From assembly GCF_009914755.1 (NCBI RefSeq), contig NC_060933.1: DNA of 64,000 bases; one strand, 5' to 3'. Made by a program: the position numbers and the translations under genes. This DNA comes from the human T2T-CHM13v2.0 reference genome, Homo sapiens. Below are positions 1-20,600 of this stretch, one piece after another (the first letter of the stretch is position 1; every line of letters starts with the position of its first letter). The notes under the pieces are model-generated. The model searched no databases, was not told where the DNA came from, and worked only from the letters and a program-made list of their open reading frames with translations.

Positions 1-416
1 TTCGACACCGTGATGGCTCAGGATTATTATTCAAAATATTTAACAATTTGAGTGGCTTGGATGATGATCAGTCAGAATGAGCAACAGCTATGCATCTACT
101 CAGCTAATTGCTTTGCCAGGCATAAACCCTTTTAGTTTCTGGATTTGGGGGAGATCCAGTGTGTCCTAGGGAACAGATTAGGTCAGCCTCAGTGAGGTAG
201 GACGTGGGAATAGGGTGGGGGGGGCAGAGCCTATTTATCAACCATTATGTATTTCAATAATTTAACAACTGCTATGAGCATTCCTGTGTGTGTCAGCTAA
301 ACATTAGCCTTGTAATGTTGATGATAAATTCAACAACCGCTCTTCCTAAATGCCAAGTAGTCAACTGCAACAAATTGATTTATTTGTCAGAAAAAAAAAG
401 TTTATTTGAAATTAGT

Positions 417-720
417 GGCTGGGCACAGTGGCTCATGACTGTAATCCCAGCATTTTGGGAAGCTGAGGTAGGCAGATTGCTCGAGCCCAGGAGTTTGAGA
501 CCAGCCTGGGCAACATGGCGAGATACCATCTCCACAAAAAATTAAAAAAATTAGCTGGGACTACTGCATGCCTGTAGTCCCAGCTACTCAGGAGGCTGAG
601 GAGGGAGGATTGTTTGATCTTGGGAGGTCGAGGCTACAGAGAGCCATGGTCATGCTACTGCACTCCAGCTTGGGTAAAAGAGCAAGATTCTGTCTCAAAA
701 CAACAACAAAACCCCGAAAA
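417..720 (+). mobile_element. Alu (AluJ-like)
   Basis: Dimeric Alu with A-rich tail; flanking aaattagt duplicated. Confidence 0.9.
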
Positions 721-1429
721 ACAAAATTAGTCAGTTTACTTGGAATCTCAACATGAACATGGGGCTCCTTGATACATTTATAACCTTCAGTGACCCTCCT
801 TATTGTTAGGAAGCAAAACTCTGCTAGGTCCCTGGGCCAGTAGCTGATCTCAAGGACAGGACCAGAAAAAGCTCTATTAATTGAAGGGCACTCAGTGCTG
901 GCCCCAGGTTATTGAGCAGGAGTTGAGGGGTTGGATACCATGGATAGTGCACATCTTGAAAAGTGTGGAGAAAAAGAAATCCACGAGGCCAAGAACTGAA
1001 CAAAATACCAAGACAGAAAAGACCATTCTCACTCTTCATTCATCCCCTGCAATGTGCATTAAGGGCCATGAATGAATTTACATGTGCAAAACCTATGCCA
1101 AGGACAAAATGTTCCACAAAATTGAGTTATGTAGTATTAACGGCAATTATCGCCAGCATGGGGCAAACTCATGCCTCTGGCTTTTGTAGGCTGTATCTTT
1201 GTGTGCTGTTGTGAGATATGCAGAAATTGATCATAGTGAGGACAAACATGTACATCATTATCTAAAACTTTGTAGATTCTGATCGTAAAAGTCCTTGGAT
1301 TTTCCTTCAGGCATGAAAAATGCTGGGACAGAGACTGAGGTCAGGGAAATGCCTGCCTCTCTGCAGTAAACAAGCACTTAGAGTAAGGGAGCTGTTACAT
1401 GTGGGTCAGTTTAGAAAAATGATTCAGCA

Positions 1430-1756
<327 letters not shown>

Positions 1757-1920
1757 TCAGTGTGCCCTTGCATAAACCAAGGAATAGAGACAAGAACGTT
1801 AAGAAAGAATATCAAGTTTTAATGTTTTAGCAAGAAAAAAAGTCACTGTAATAAATTCAGGAAAACTGCCTCATTGGAGCAGCCTACTATTGGGAAAGGA
1901 TAGAAAAACGTGTGATGGTA

Positions 1921-2127
1921 TTATTTTATTTTTTATTTTATGTATTTTATTTGATGGGGTCTTGCTTTGTCACTCAGGCTGGTGTGCAGTGGCGCCGTCA
2001 TTGTGCAGTGGTGCTGATGTGCAGGTTGCCCCATCACTGCAGCCTCAATCTCCCAGGCTCAAGCCATCCTCCCACCTCACCCTCCTGAGTAGCTGGAACT
2101 ACAGGCATGCACCACCATGCCGGGCTA
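1921..2127 (-). mobile_element. Alu right monomer (AluJ/FRAM-like) with an internal short triplication
   Basis: T-rich tail then right arm; gtgcag motif repeated three times at 1984-2030. Confidence 0.8.
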
Positions 2128-2424
2128 AGAGATGGCATTATTAAAGAGGGTCCCCAAATGCATATTGCTTGTAGACAGAACTTATAATGTATTATCAGTG
2201 TAAGAGTCTATTCCTGCGCAATTCTGTATCTTGTATCTGTCTTGTGCACGATAATGTGGCTTAGTAATATTATACCATCGTATAGAAAAAAACTTAGCAG
2301 TAGCAGAAAAAGCTCTGGAGGGAAATAATTTTAAAGTGTTTATTTTTTTGTTTAAGCATTTCACAAAATAGTTTTTAAAATAACATGTATTTGATTAAAA
2401 GATGAATATACGTTTTTGAAGAAA

Positions 2425-2642
2425 ATTTGGTTCATCAGGGATAAACCGAATATATGATAATGGTCTCATAGGATTAGAATTCCTGTCATCTGCTAACACT
2501 TTACTTGCGTGTTTGTGGCAAGGCTGTTGTAAACATGTCGTGCTGCCAGATCTGCAAAATGTAGCTCATACAATTATGTATAGCACAGAATACTCGATAA
2601 TGGCGACAAACAACTATGCTACTGATGAATGTATTTACTATA
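2425..2642 (+). mobile_element. MER47/Tigger5-like DNA transposon fragment
   Basis: Resembles recalled consensus ggtcccataagattataat...gtgtttgtgg...catacaattatgta...atgtatttactata. Confidence 0.6.
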
Positions 2643-3930
<1,288 letters not shown>

Positions 3931-4092
3931 TGTCAGCACACTTTTTCTGTGAAGGGCCAGATAGTCACACAAAAGTGGCCATAGATAATAGATAAATAAA
4001 CAGGCATGGCTGTGTTCCCATAAAACTTTATTTACAAAACAGGCACTGGGCTGAATTTAGCCCACAGGCCTTTGTTTCATGGTCCACGTCCT
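3931..4092. mobile_element. MER58-like hAT-Charlie element
   Basis: tttttctgtgaagggccagatagt...ggctgtgttcccataaaactttatttacaaaacaggc. Confidence 0.7.
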
Positions 4093-4114
4093 AGATTAAA
4101 ATGTAGTTTAATCA

Positions 4115-4238
4115 CGCTGGGCATGGTGGCTCATGCCTATAAACCCAGCACTTTGGGATGCTGAGGCTGTGGAGGATTGCTTGAGGCCAGGAGTTTGAGA
4201 CCAGCCTGGATAACATAGCTAGACCCTGTCTCTATTTA
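4115..4238 (+). mobile_element. Free left Alu monomer (FLAM-like)
   Basis: Left arm only, followed by AT tail. Confidence 0.8.
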
Positions 4239-4522
4239 ATATATATATAGTTAATCAAAGAGAACACAAATACCTAGAGACATAAATAAGTATGTGAATC
4301 ACTACATATCAAGTTGGACACAGTGGTTTATCATAAGGTGACACAATCCTATCTGAGCACCTTCCAGTCATTCCAGATTGGGAAGAATTGCATGTGATTC
4401 TATAGATAAGAGGGGGATGGGTTAGATGGCTTCGCTATTGAAGTTCTAGAGCCATTTGAACTTCAATCACTTTTCTTTTATATCTCCTAGATTATTAATC
4501 AATCTTTAAGATTTTCATGCTA

Positions 4523-4817
4523 GCCAGGTGCAGTGGCTCATGCCTGTAATCCCAGAACTTTGGAAAGCTGAGGCGAGCCGATCACTTGAGATCAGGAGTT
4601 CAAGATCAGCCTGGCCTACATGGTGAAACCTCATCTCTACTAAAAATACAAAAATTAGCCAGACATGGTGGCAGGCGCCTGTAGTCCCAGCTACTCAGGA
4701 GCCTGAGGCATGAGAATTGCTTGAACCCAGGAGATGGAGGTTGCGGTAAGCTGAGATCGCACCACTGAACTGCAGCCTGGGTGAGAGTGAGACTCTGTCT
4801 CAAAAAAAAAAAAAAAA
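4523..4817 (+). mobile_element. Alu (AluS)
   Basis: Full dimer; TSD gattttcatgcta at 4510-4522 and 4819-4831. Confidence 0.93.
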
Positions 4818-5024
4818 TGATTTTCATGCTAACTAAATTTCAAGAGGCTACTTGGTCTCATGGAAAAAGGATTGAACTCTGACTATGTTACTGATTACTT
4901 GTGTGACCGTGAGAAAGCCACTTAATCCCTTATGAATCAGTATTTTCACTTACAGGCGTTGGTCTGAAACCATGCTTCTCCAGAGCACAGGTGTTTCTTT
5001 AATTGAATTGAGGTGTTCTGCTGC

Positions 5025-5399
5025 TAACATGCCCAGATTAAATATCATTTCTAGGCGTGTCTGTGAAGGTGTTTCTGGATGAGATGAACATTTCACTCTG
5101 TGGACTCAGTCAAGTAGATCGCCTTTCCCATTTGATTGGGCACCATCTAATCCATTGAGTGCCTGAATAGAAAAAAAAGCAGAAGGAGGAGTTCACCCCT
5201 TTTTTTTCCTGTCTCACTGTGGCAACTGAATATCTCATCTAATCTGTATTCTGGGACAGGGATTTATACCATCAGCTCCTTTGGTTTTTAGCCTTTGGAC
5301 TTGGACTGAATTATACCACCGGCTTTTCTGAGCCTATAGCTTGAGATGGTAGATTGTGGAACTTAACCTCCATAATCCTATGAGCCAATTCCTCATAAT

Positions 5400-5457
<58 letters not shown>

Positions 5458-5490
5458 AGTTCTGTTTGTCCAGAGAACTTTGACTAATAT
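5025..5490 (+). mobile_element. MLT2-family (ERVL) solo LTR containing (CA)n
   Basis: gtgtctgtgaaggtgtttctggatgagat...ccattgag...ctttggacttggactgaatta...gactaata. Confidence 0.8.
5402..5453. repeat. (CA)~26 microsatellite
   Basis: Directly visible. Confidence 0.97.
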
Positions 5491-5670
5491 ACCCACCAAT
5501 AGTCCGCATGGTTTCTGCCTGACCTGTAGTCAGACATTGCCTGCCCCAGAATCTACAATTTAAGTTGCTATCTAATTTAAAGTGCCAGTAGATCATGTTG
5601 TTCCTCAGAGGATACCATGACCTCTTATTGCTTTAAACCTAAACACTGTGATTTATAAAAATAAGGATAG

Positions 5671-6082
<412 letters not shown>

Positions 6083-6877
6083 TTAATACTAAGCCAACTG
6101 TCACTGTGCACCTATACTAGGGCCTAAAGATGAATGACAGAGTTAAGACATTTAGAAGTTAGGTAGAACCCAGGTCTGAAGTTTACTGAAACAGAGTTTC
6201 CCTTTGGCCTGTCTAGGAAAAATCCTCTTCTGGATTTTGATAATGCTATTTCATGATAAAAGCAAAACAACTCAAATAGAAGATTTAGAGCACATAGCTC
6301 CTTAGCTAAGCTACCTTCTCTCTTTTTTTTGGTGTGTGTGTGGGGGGGTCTCAATCCACACTTTTTCACATGTGATGTGAAACAAGTAAAAGAAGTGTTT
6401 GGGTCATAGAAGAGGTAGATTTTAGTGTATGTGAGTCCAATTTTCTAGAAGCTCTTTGATGATCAGGTATGTAGCTCAATCGCTTGTGACTTTCTAGACT
6501 TTTACCACTGTTACTTTTTGAATGATGCTCCTTGGGACATTTGCTGTAATCGAGAATTCTACCAGAGTGTACGGCATGTGCTGCAGGATGTGGGAAAGGC
6601 ACAGGGCCTGTGATTCCTGGCTTGCCTAATATGAATTCTGGAAACACAAACACCTTGTGGGAGCAGTTCTTGGTCCTGTAGTTGGTGCTTAATCACCCAG
6701 CCCTGTCACTTGGAAACAGTTTGGTGCTTGATCAAAATCTTTTGCACTCCTTTCCCTCTATCACTTCCCTAGCTGCTTTCCTTTCTTTCTGCCCTCAATT
6801 CCCCTCTCCCCAAGAAAAAAAGACAAAACAAGAAGCAAAGCCAATGTAGACATGCGGAGGAGATTATATTACCACTT

Positions 6878-7175
6878 TTTGGTTTTTTGAGATGGGGTCT
6901 CGCTCTGTTGCCCAGGCTGGAGTGCAGTGGCATGATCATGGCTTACTGCAGCCTTGACTGCCTGGGCTTGAGCAATCCCAAGTCAGCCTCCTGAGTCGCT
7001 ATGACAACAGGTGCATGCCACCATTCCCGGCTAGTTTTTTAAAAAAATTATTTATTACTTGCAGAGATGGGGGGCTCATTATGTTGCCTAGGCTGGTCTT
7101 GAACTCCTGGGCTCAAATGATCCTCCCATCTCAGCCTCCAAAAGTGCTGGGATTCCAGGTGTAAGCCACCACACC
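6878..7175 (-). mobile_element. Alu (AluJ-like)
   Basis: Diverged antisense dimer. Confidence 0.88.
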
Positions 7176-9187
7176 CTCCCCACACACACTCCTCATAAGA
7201 TGTTGGGAATGTGAGCCGTGATCCTTGGTGATCATCGTGCTACACTGCTGCAACAATGAGTGGGTGGGAAAAGGGCTTCTTTTTCCTTAGTAGCATGTCA
7301 TAAGCCAGTATGTTGAGCACAGGACAACTGCAGGGACATGGATTCCTGGCAGGGAAGGACAGTGACAACAAATGTCAAAAGTCACTTCACAACACAGATT
7401 GCAGAGATGTCTCATGTTAAGGATCCAGAGCTGGAGAGAGGTGGAGACTTCTGGAGGAAAAGAAATGTTGAAAGGAAAATGGGAAGAGGAGAGAAGGGGG
7501 GACTTGGACTGGGCCTCTCTCCTTGATTTTAGGGAACATCTATGAGGGAACATCACGATCGTCTGGGCAGGGAGGCCTCCTACTTTTCTGGAGAGCAAGA
7601 GGACTAAGTTGGAATAAGAGGGGCAAATGCCAGATTCTTTTTACTCCCAACTATTACTAAGCCTGTTAAGTTTTGGTTTCTTGCCTTTATTTGAGACAAA
7701 ATTATTGAAACTTTTTGGGATTGTGTGTGTGTGTGTTCCCATGTGTTTTTGTTCAAAAGGGAATGCAGCCAAGATGTTTGCTAGCATGGGAAAGGAGAGT
7801 TCATCCCCAAGTCAATGTCATATAATTTTACCATAAAGAATGGATGATAAAGGGACCTAGTCAGGGAAGATCTCCAAATGGGGAAGGCATCCAAAGGGTC
7901 AAAGATGAGGAACCTATTGCCTGGTTGAGTGAGGATGCCAAGGACATAGGTTGGGTCATGCTGTTACCCTTTCCACATACCCTCCATGCTTCAATGCAGA
8001 CAACTGATTCTTTCTTAATCTTAAATAAAGTCATATGCACATGTACCTTCAAGCTCTACTTCCAAGCATGCTGCTACACTTATAGAGTCACCACCTTTTG
8101 TATTATGACAGTGATGTCCAGTGCATTCTCATACCCTTTTATTATAATCCGGAAAGATTACAAAGAGCATGATAGCTGTCCAGGATTGCAATTTATCTGC
8201 TGTTTTTGAGACTGTGATTGGGGAGAATCTAAACTGAGGGAAGAAGCACATCCTCCTGAAGGAAGGGCTGGAGGTGATGGCCAAGGTTCTGTTCTTCACT
8301 CTCTTAGAAGTGATGGTGTCACTCTGGGTAAGTCCCTCACCCTCTGAGCCTCATTTGTAAAATGTGAAAATCAAGAGAGGCCCTGGTCCTTAAGGATCTT
8401 AAGGACTTTACTAATGCCTTTTCCTCCTCTGGTCACAACATTGCAGAGACTTGTGCTGTCAAGGATACTGACTAGTTAAGATTCTTACTGCTGAAGCTGC
8501 TTTGGGGAAGGACACATTTCCTGGGAGAGCATGTCAAGCTGAAGGTCATCATACCAGGAAAAACAGGAGAAATTATCATATCAGCAATAGGAAGGCAAAG
8601 TAAGGGTGTAGGGTGTAGCCTAGATATTGCTGCCAAAAAAGACAGGCCTCCAGTGCCTGTGGATGTGAATCACCAGGGAGCTTGATGACAAGGCTGATAT
8701 TGGGTGGAGAAGGAAGTTTAAATGTATGAAAGGGAAAGACTCTATTATAAGAGGCATCTTAGCAGGGAAGAAGCTGGATCTAGCCAACTCCTCCTTTTTA
8801 TATTCTCCACTCAGCTATTAGGGAAACCAATGGGGTGGGGGTTGGAGAGGACTTGTTAAGATCTAGAGTGGCATTCTACAATGACTCATACAAACCAAAA
8901 CGATGACACTTAGGAAAGAGCCTTTCTCAAATCAAGGCTCAGGTTTTCAAAGAGCTCATATGTTGTTTTTTTATCTTGATGATCATTTTTTGTTAGAAAC
9001 AGCAGGGCTTTGAGAACATAGCCCTAGAGAAAAACACCATAAGGCTTTTCACAGACCTGGAAAATACTCTATTTCTGGGTAGAGAAAAAAACCGCTGAGT
9101 CTTTGGCCAGTAATTTGCCTAAGCCTGTAGGTTTCCATATGCCAAATATTATATTGATACAATGCCAGGTTCTGAAGATTTAATCTT

Positions 9188-9527
<340 letters not shown>

Positions 9528-10399
9528 TGAACCTAAGATATCATGTTTGTAAGATAAATCATTAAATTGCCAATCATACTACGCCATGCTATTGTAAGAT
9601 GCATTCCAATTTCAGAGATGTTAAGATATGCAAAATGCATATTATATTTATATTGGATGAATAAAACAGTAAGTTAAATAGCTTAACTCTGTTGAATTTT
9701 GTGATTTATGTTTAAGTCTAACTGCTACCTAGACACTGCTCTGAGAATATGGTGAGCTGACTCTGTCAAGAGTTTATTAATCCCCAAGGCTTTATTTTAA
9801 TACCTGAGTAAGAATCCTCAACACCAAGCCTGTAAAATTCCACTGGGAGAGTCACTGGTATTGTGTTGACAGCAGGGACACCAGGTGGGTAAGTTATAGG
9901 AAAATAGATTGTCTTGGCAAATTGATAGCACAGCACAGCAGGGCAAGGACAAGAGTATTCTTCAAGTTCAGTTCCAAGGGCTTGACAGAGTACATCTCTC
10001 AATATTGGCCTTTCTTTTAAGGACACTAAAGCATAAAATTCATAAGTTTGTGTGCGTACTTATTGTTTGTGAGACCCCTTAATCCTTACAGCAACATCAG
10101 TAAGAGTGGGCCCTATTATTGCTTCCATTACACAAATGAGGAAAGAGGCATCCAAATCACGTGGCTAGTAAAGGGAAGGACCAGGGTTTGGATATGGGCA
10201 GTCAAATTCCAGAGCTTGTGCTTTTAATCACTGCACCCATCCATGAGAAATAAACCTTGCTATCAAAGCAATTCAGACACGTAAACTAGCCATGATATAA
10301 AGAAAAAAGTGCTTTGATAGAGATGTGTGTAAAGTGATGCAGAGCCTGAAGGATAAAGCAACTAAGTTCAGGGATCTTACATATTAATAAAAGCCCTGA

Positions 10400-10737
<338 letters not shown>

Positions 10738-11789
10738 CTATAATTGCAGACCATGGGTTTCCTAGATACCATGCATTTGCATATTTGTGGACTGAATAGT
10801 CAATGTATTTACTCCAAGATTCATGAATATCGACACAAGGCTCATTACCTCATAGTCAGTAAATGTGGTTTAAACAAATTTTTTGGTTGTAGAAAATTTC
10901 CAGCATACACAAAAGTAGAGAGGAGCATATGCTGAACTCCCATCTACTCCTTACTCAGCTATTATCAATATTTTGCTGCGCTTGCTTTGGCTATATTCAC
11001 CTTCCCCATCTCCTTATACACTTTTTTCTTTTGGGGGGATTTGAAAGCAAATCCAAGCATTTACATAATCTCACTAGTAAATACTTCAGTATAGTTATCT
11101 AATATACAAGATCTTAAAAATAATCAAAATTATTCCAACCAAAGGCATTAACAATAATTCCAAATATTCATCTAATACCCAGTCTTTGTTCAGTTTTTCC
11201 TGATTAATAAATGTGATTTAATGGAAAAACTTTTACTTCTTTTGTGTTGACTAGAAGTAGATAGTACTTCCTCTCAGACCTATTTAGGCCATATTTGCAA
11301 AAACACAAAACCTTTCTTATGAGCAATTTAGGCTGTTAGGAAATATAAATAAAATGAATAGTTTTTATAAACAGCACATGCAGTATAACTTTATTTTTAA
11401 GATTAAAGACCCAAAGTAGATTTTAAAACAAACACCTGGCAATGATAGAGCTGACCCAGCATGTGCCCAGGTGAGTCCTGTTGAGGAAGTGCACGGTAAA
11501 AATTCACAAATTGAGGGGTAAGATGGTCATTTTGCTCAGGAGGGCTGAGCAAGTAACTCTTGAATTCTGATTCATGCTTTTTCTTTGATCAACGTCATTT
11601 GTCATTACTGAATGCCTTCCAAAAACTCATTTGGATGTCGTATGTGCTAAACTTTTCTCAGGCGCCCTCTGAACCAACCCAGTCTTCAAGGTAACTGCTC
11701 ATTTTATCTTTCAGTGTTTTTCTGTCTTTGACTTTAGAAAGGCAAATGATGAAAACAGAATTGAAAACTTAGGTTGTTTTCCTCTGTGA

Positions 11790-12186
<397 letters not shown>

Positions 12187-13385
12187 TCCTAAATGCTTTT
12201 TGAAATTGTTTAAAAGCTTTTCTTCTCTCATCAGTCTCTATTATTTCATTCTTTCCTCAGCATTTATTGAGCGTTTACTACATGTCAAGTATTACCAAGT
12301 ATACATTGGTGAAAAAATATAATGCTTGTCTTCAAGGAGGAAGAGAGACAGGCAAATGATAAATGTCTGCCATGGGCTAACCCTGGAACCATTGTGGAAG
12401 GGCACCTATTGGTCAGGGGGAGATCAGAAAAAAGGTTTACTATACAGGAGGAGGGAAAGGCAGCAGGGAGGAAAGGAAACAAGTTGGGAGTTCAGGTGTG
12501 CCATATATCAGAAGGTGAAATGAGGCGAGAAACCAGATGGAACTATTCAGAATGATTTGCAATTTTTTTAGTACAAGAGGATGGGAACAAGAAATAACAA
12601 TAGGTTTCTGTAGAGTTCAATGTCTCATTCTTATTCCTCCATTGGGCACTTTTATACCCTGGTTGTCTTATAGGAACTGTAAATTAGAACTGTATTCAAC
12701 TGTCTCAAAGTATAAAGCATAAAGTAAATATAGTCTGAAGAACAACTACCTGTGGTCTAGTTAGCTTCACCTTGGAGGTGGGTATGGTTTGTGATGCTAG
12801 ACTACTTCAGCTGGACCAGACCACAAAGATTGGTGCTGCTTCTTAAACTAGGGAGAAGGAAGACTCTGACTTGTATAAATTGGCTTTTCCTTTAGTTTAC
12901 TACCAAACTAGCAAAATATTAGAATGGTGATTTCCATGATATCAAGAATACAAATGAGTGGGTGTGTCTTCCTGTTGCCTCCCTAGTTCTACCACGTGGG
13001 GTTATCAAAGTTTGATGATCTCAGCAGCCTGTGTAGAGTGAAGAATCAACCACAGCTGTTGTACCTTTCACTCCTCCTGGAGACACCTTAGCACCCAATA
13101 ATCTATTCTATTAACATGAGCATCATCTTGCACCATAATGAGAGGTTTCTGGGTTTTATTTCTGTATTTTTGGACCTACTCAAGGTTCAAGTATAGCAAG
13201 CTGGGTAGTGGCTTAACATCAAAGTCAAACTATTCTGATAAGGACAAAATGTTTGTGGCAAGTGTGTGTGTGTGTTTGGGTTTAAGAGTGCTTCTGGATA
13301 TATCTGATCTGTCACACTTCTTTTGGATCTCAATGTCACACACACACAGTATATTCATTCTATAGTTGATGTCCACATTGGCTTC

Positions 13386-14078
<693 letters not shown>

Positions 14079-15297
14079 TTCTTGGTTCTACTCATGGGCA
14101 TTGTTGGCTCAAAGGAACCCTGGAATGGGAAAGAGCAGAGTGCATTCTCCCAGCACCCTATAAAAGCTGGACTTGGAGTGGGGATGGAGGTTTAGGGCAA
14201 AGTCAACAGCATCTGAGAACTCAAGAACAAATGGTAGAAAAAATAGGGTGGGGGATGGTGAGTATGATGGTAGGGTTAGGTGAGAACTGGGAGTAAAGGG
14301 AAGTGGCAGTGGTAAAGGAGATAACTTGTGCAAAGGCCTCAAGAAGAGAACGTGGTGTATTCAGAGAACTGAAAGCTGTTCATCATGAGGTCTTCTCAAT
14401 GTTGCAATTATGACTTATGGAACATTTTGCGCTGTCTTTTAAACATAGCCTAAAGTTATTTGGTGGAATTCTCACATAAACCAACACTACTTTGTGATTA
14501 GGAACACTTTTTTTTTTTTTTTTTTGCAAACACCAGAAACATAGACTGTAATAATAAACCACCATAGTTATAAAGCTTACGTGGTGTTGAAAATGCCAGG
14601 GACATGGCCTAGCTAAGGTTCATTCTCTGGAAAGGGTGTTGTGACTGACTGCTCTGAGCCCCAGCCTTGGGTCTCAGGTGTTAGGCTGTAATTTCCAGGT
14701 CATTGCTTTTCTGTGCCTCAGGTTTCTTAAATGGAAAGAAGAGGAAGCTTTGCAGAATTCGCTGAGACAGATTGAAGAAAGGTTGAGCAGAGAAAGGGAC
14801 ACTGACATTTATTCAGCCATTGTTACATATTAGGCATCCACATAGTTTTTAGTTCCCACAATTTATGAGATAGTGTAAGAGAAAATATATTTTAAATTAC
14901 AAAGCAGAATGCAAACTATAAGGTATGTAATAAAGATTTTGGAAGTATTTCCCCATTTGAACGTATGATCTATAGATTCTCAGTCATCGCTCTTGTGAAG
15001 AATGTGGTATGATTGAGAAATGCACGTGGGTAGCTTTTGCTACTTTTTTGTGGTCTTTACCTTAATCCATTCTTGCAGGTTTTTCTGGTTTGTCAGTTTT
15101 CTCTTTATTGCCCTTGCTGATAGGATACACTTTAACTTACAGAAACATAAACTAGCTTGACCACTGCTGGGAAGGTAAAAAGATCCAGGGGGACATAATG
15201 AAAGGTGGAATGTGCATGATTCAGAAGGCTGAGGATTCGGCATTGTAATTAGACAGGTCAGGACTTAGGAGGGTGGAGAGAACTCACTTGAAAATGA

Positions 15298-15684
<387 letters not shown>

Positions 15685-15835
15685 TTGTGTATCTTTTTAA
15701 AGTCGGTTGTCTTGCTTCACAAAACTTAAGAGCCCAGAAATGTTGCACCCAGGAGCATGTATTTTAAGTGGCTTTGCCTGCTGATTCTTACAGCTGGGAA
15801 CATGTAGCTGCAGTGCAATGTGTCTGCTCTTCTTT

Positions 15836-18325
<2,490 letters not shown>

Positions 18326-19029
18326 GCTTCTCATTATTTTCAAATTACTCAATTTCTTTCTAGTTCCATCCAAACCTACACTTTCGGCCCAGGCCGCCTT
18401 GAATGGTGGCTTATAAGATAATTAGGGAAAAAAATGAACGGTCCTGGCTTAAGGTCAGAGTTAGGAGAAAATCATGAGTAATTAAATATGATCTTTTCAA
18501 AGAAATGAGTGTTGCTGCTGCTATGTTGGTTGTTGAGGAAGCATAAAAAAGTGATTCTGATGTAACTTGGCTGGAAAACTTGAGATATTATAAATGTGTC
18601 CACCTCTTTGGATGTCCCTTACCTGGAGAACCCATGAAGTACAAGGATATGCTGTAAAAATGTACTGACAATTTTAATAATTGATTTTTAAAATTCCTTG
18701 ACAAGCAAATATTTTCCTCCTGTGTATGCAAATGGCTCAAAATTTATCAATATTTTCTCTTCGTAATAGCTTCTGTTTCTATATTAAACTAATCATATTG
18801 ATCTGAACTCTTCAGTACAGATTCCTAAAGTTGTGTTTAAACAAAACTAAATAGAGACAAGATCTTTACATTTATAGAATAGATGCCAATGTGCTTGTCA
18901 GGTTGATTAGGGTAAATAGAAAAATTATATATGCATACACATTAATGTGGGACTTTTACTTCAATTAATTTTTATGAAGATTATTACTTTTATGAATATG
19001 AAAACATTTACAAATATAAAAAATGGAAA

Positions 19030-19612
19030 AGGAAAAGGTGGTACACACACAAATAGACACATATAGTAGAATACTATTAAGCCATAAAAGGAAGGAAATC
19101 CTGCCATTTGCAATAACATGAATGAATCTGAAGGACATTATGCTACACGAAATAAACCAGACACAGAGAAACACATACTGTATGATTTCACTTATATGTG
19201 GAATCTAAAGTAGTCAAACTCACAGAAGTGGAGAATGTAATGGTGGTTGCCAGGGGCTAGAAAGGGGAGGAGTGGGGGAAATGGGTAGATGTTGGTCAAA
19301 GGGTACCAACCTTCAGTTATAAGATGAGCAAGTTCTGGGAATCCAATCTACAGCATGATGACTATAGTTAACAACACTGTATTGTATACTTAAAATTTGC
19401 TAAGAGAATAGATCTTAAGGACTATTCTTAAGAATAGTCCTCACCACCACCTAACTCCTCCAACAATGGTAACTATGTATGGTGATGAATTATGTTCATG
19501 AATTTGATTATGCCAATCATTTCACAATGTATACATGTATCAAATTATCACATTGTACATTCTTGAATATATACAATTTTTGTCAATTATACCTCAAAGC
19601 TGGAAAAAATAA
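19030..19612 (+). mobile_element. L1MA/MB-type 3' end
   Basis: gaaatcctgccatttgcaataacatgaatgaatctgaaggacattatgct...atacaatttttgtcaattatacctcaaagctggaaaaaa. Confidence 0.85.
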
Positions 19613-20299
19613 AATAGGCAGAAAATTATGCCAACTTACACTCTCACTGACAATGCATAAAATTTTCTATTTCATCCCACATTTGCTAGCATTAGTTATT
19701 AACATTAAAAATAAGTCTCTGCTAATCCGAAAAGCAAAAGAGTTTCCACTGTTACTTGAATTTGTGTGCTGTGTTTGTGAGGTGGAATAGTTTCTCACAT
19801 ACATACGAAAATGAGTTTATTGCATTTCTCTGGTGGGTTGTCTGTGTTCTTGAGCTTTATTAAGTTTTTTTTTCCCATTTATATGATATAGGTAGTATAA
19901 CATGATTCCTTGGTCTGTCGTAAGAAATTTGACAACATTTTGATTACGATTTTTTGAATGACATCCAGAACTCTCAATTTGCTTATGCTGTCAAATCTGC
20001 TCACCATTCCCACTGTGATTTTACTGTAACTTCTAGGTTTTTTAATCTTTCAAATGTTTGAGAAAATTAACTCTAAAGACAGTTTTTATGGTTTTCATAT
20101 CAATATTTACTTCACAATCCACCTTGAATTTATTTTTATGTGGTAAGAATTCAAACAAAAAGATTTTCAAATTTTTACTAATTGTCTAATACCAGTCACT
20201 CAGTATTTTTCTCTCTTGCTTTCTAATATTTTATGATAAACATTTCACTGACTATTGAGGCTTCATTTTTTTTTGGAAGGCTTTCTTGATCACTTATGA

Positions 20300-20600
<301 letters not shown>

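Noticed and set aside
6300-9100. Enhancer or promoter in the unique intergenic stretch (e.g. AP-1 motif tgactca near 8882)
   Set aside because: Isolated short motifs are expected by chance, there is no CpG island, and chromatin data would be needed.
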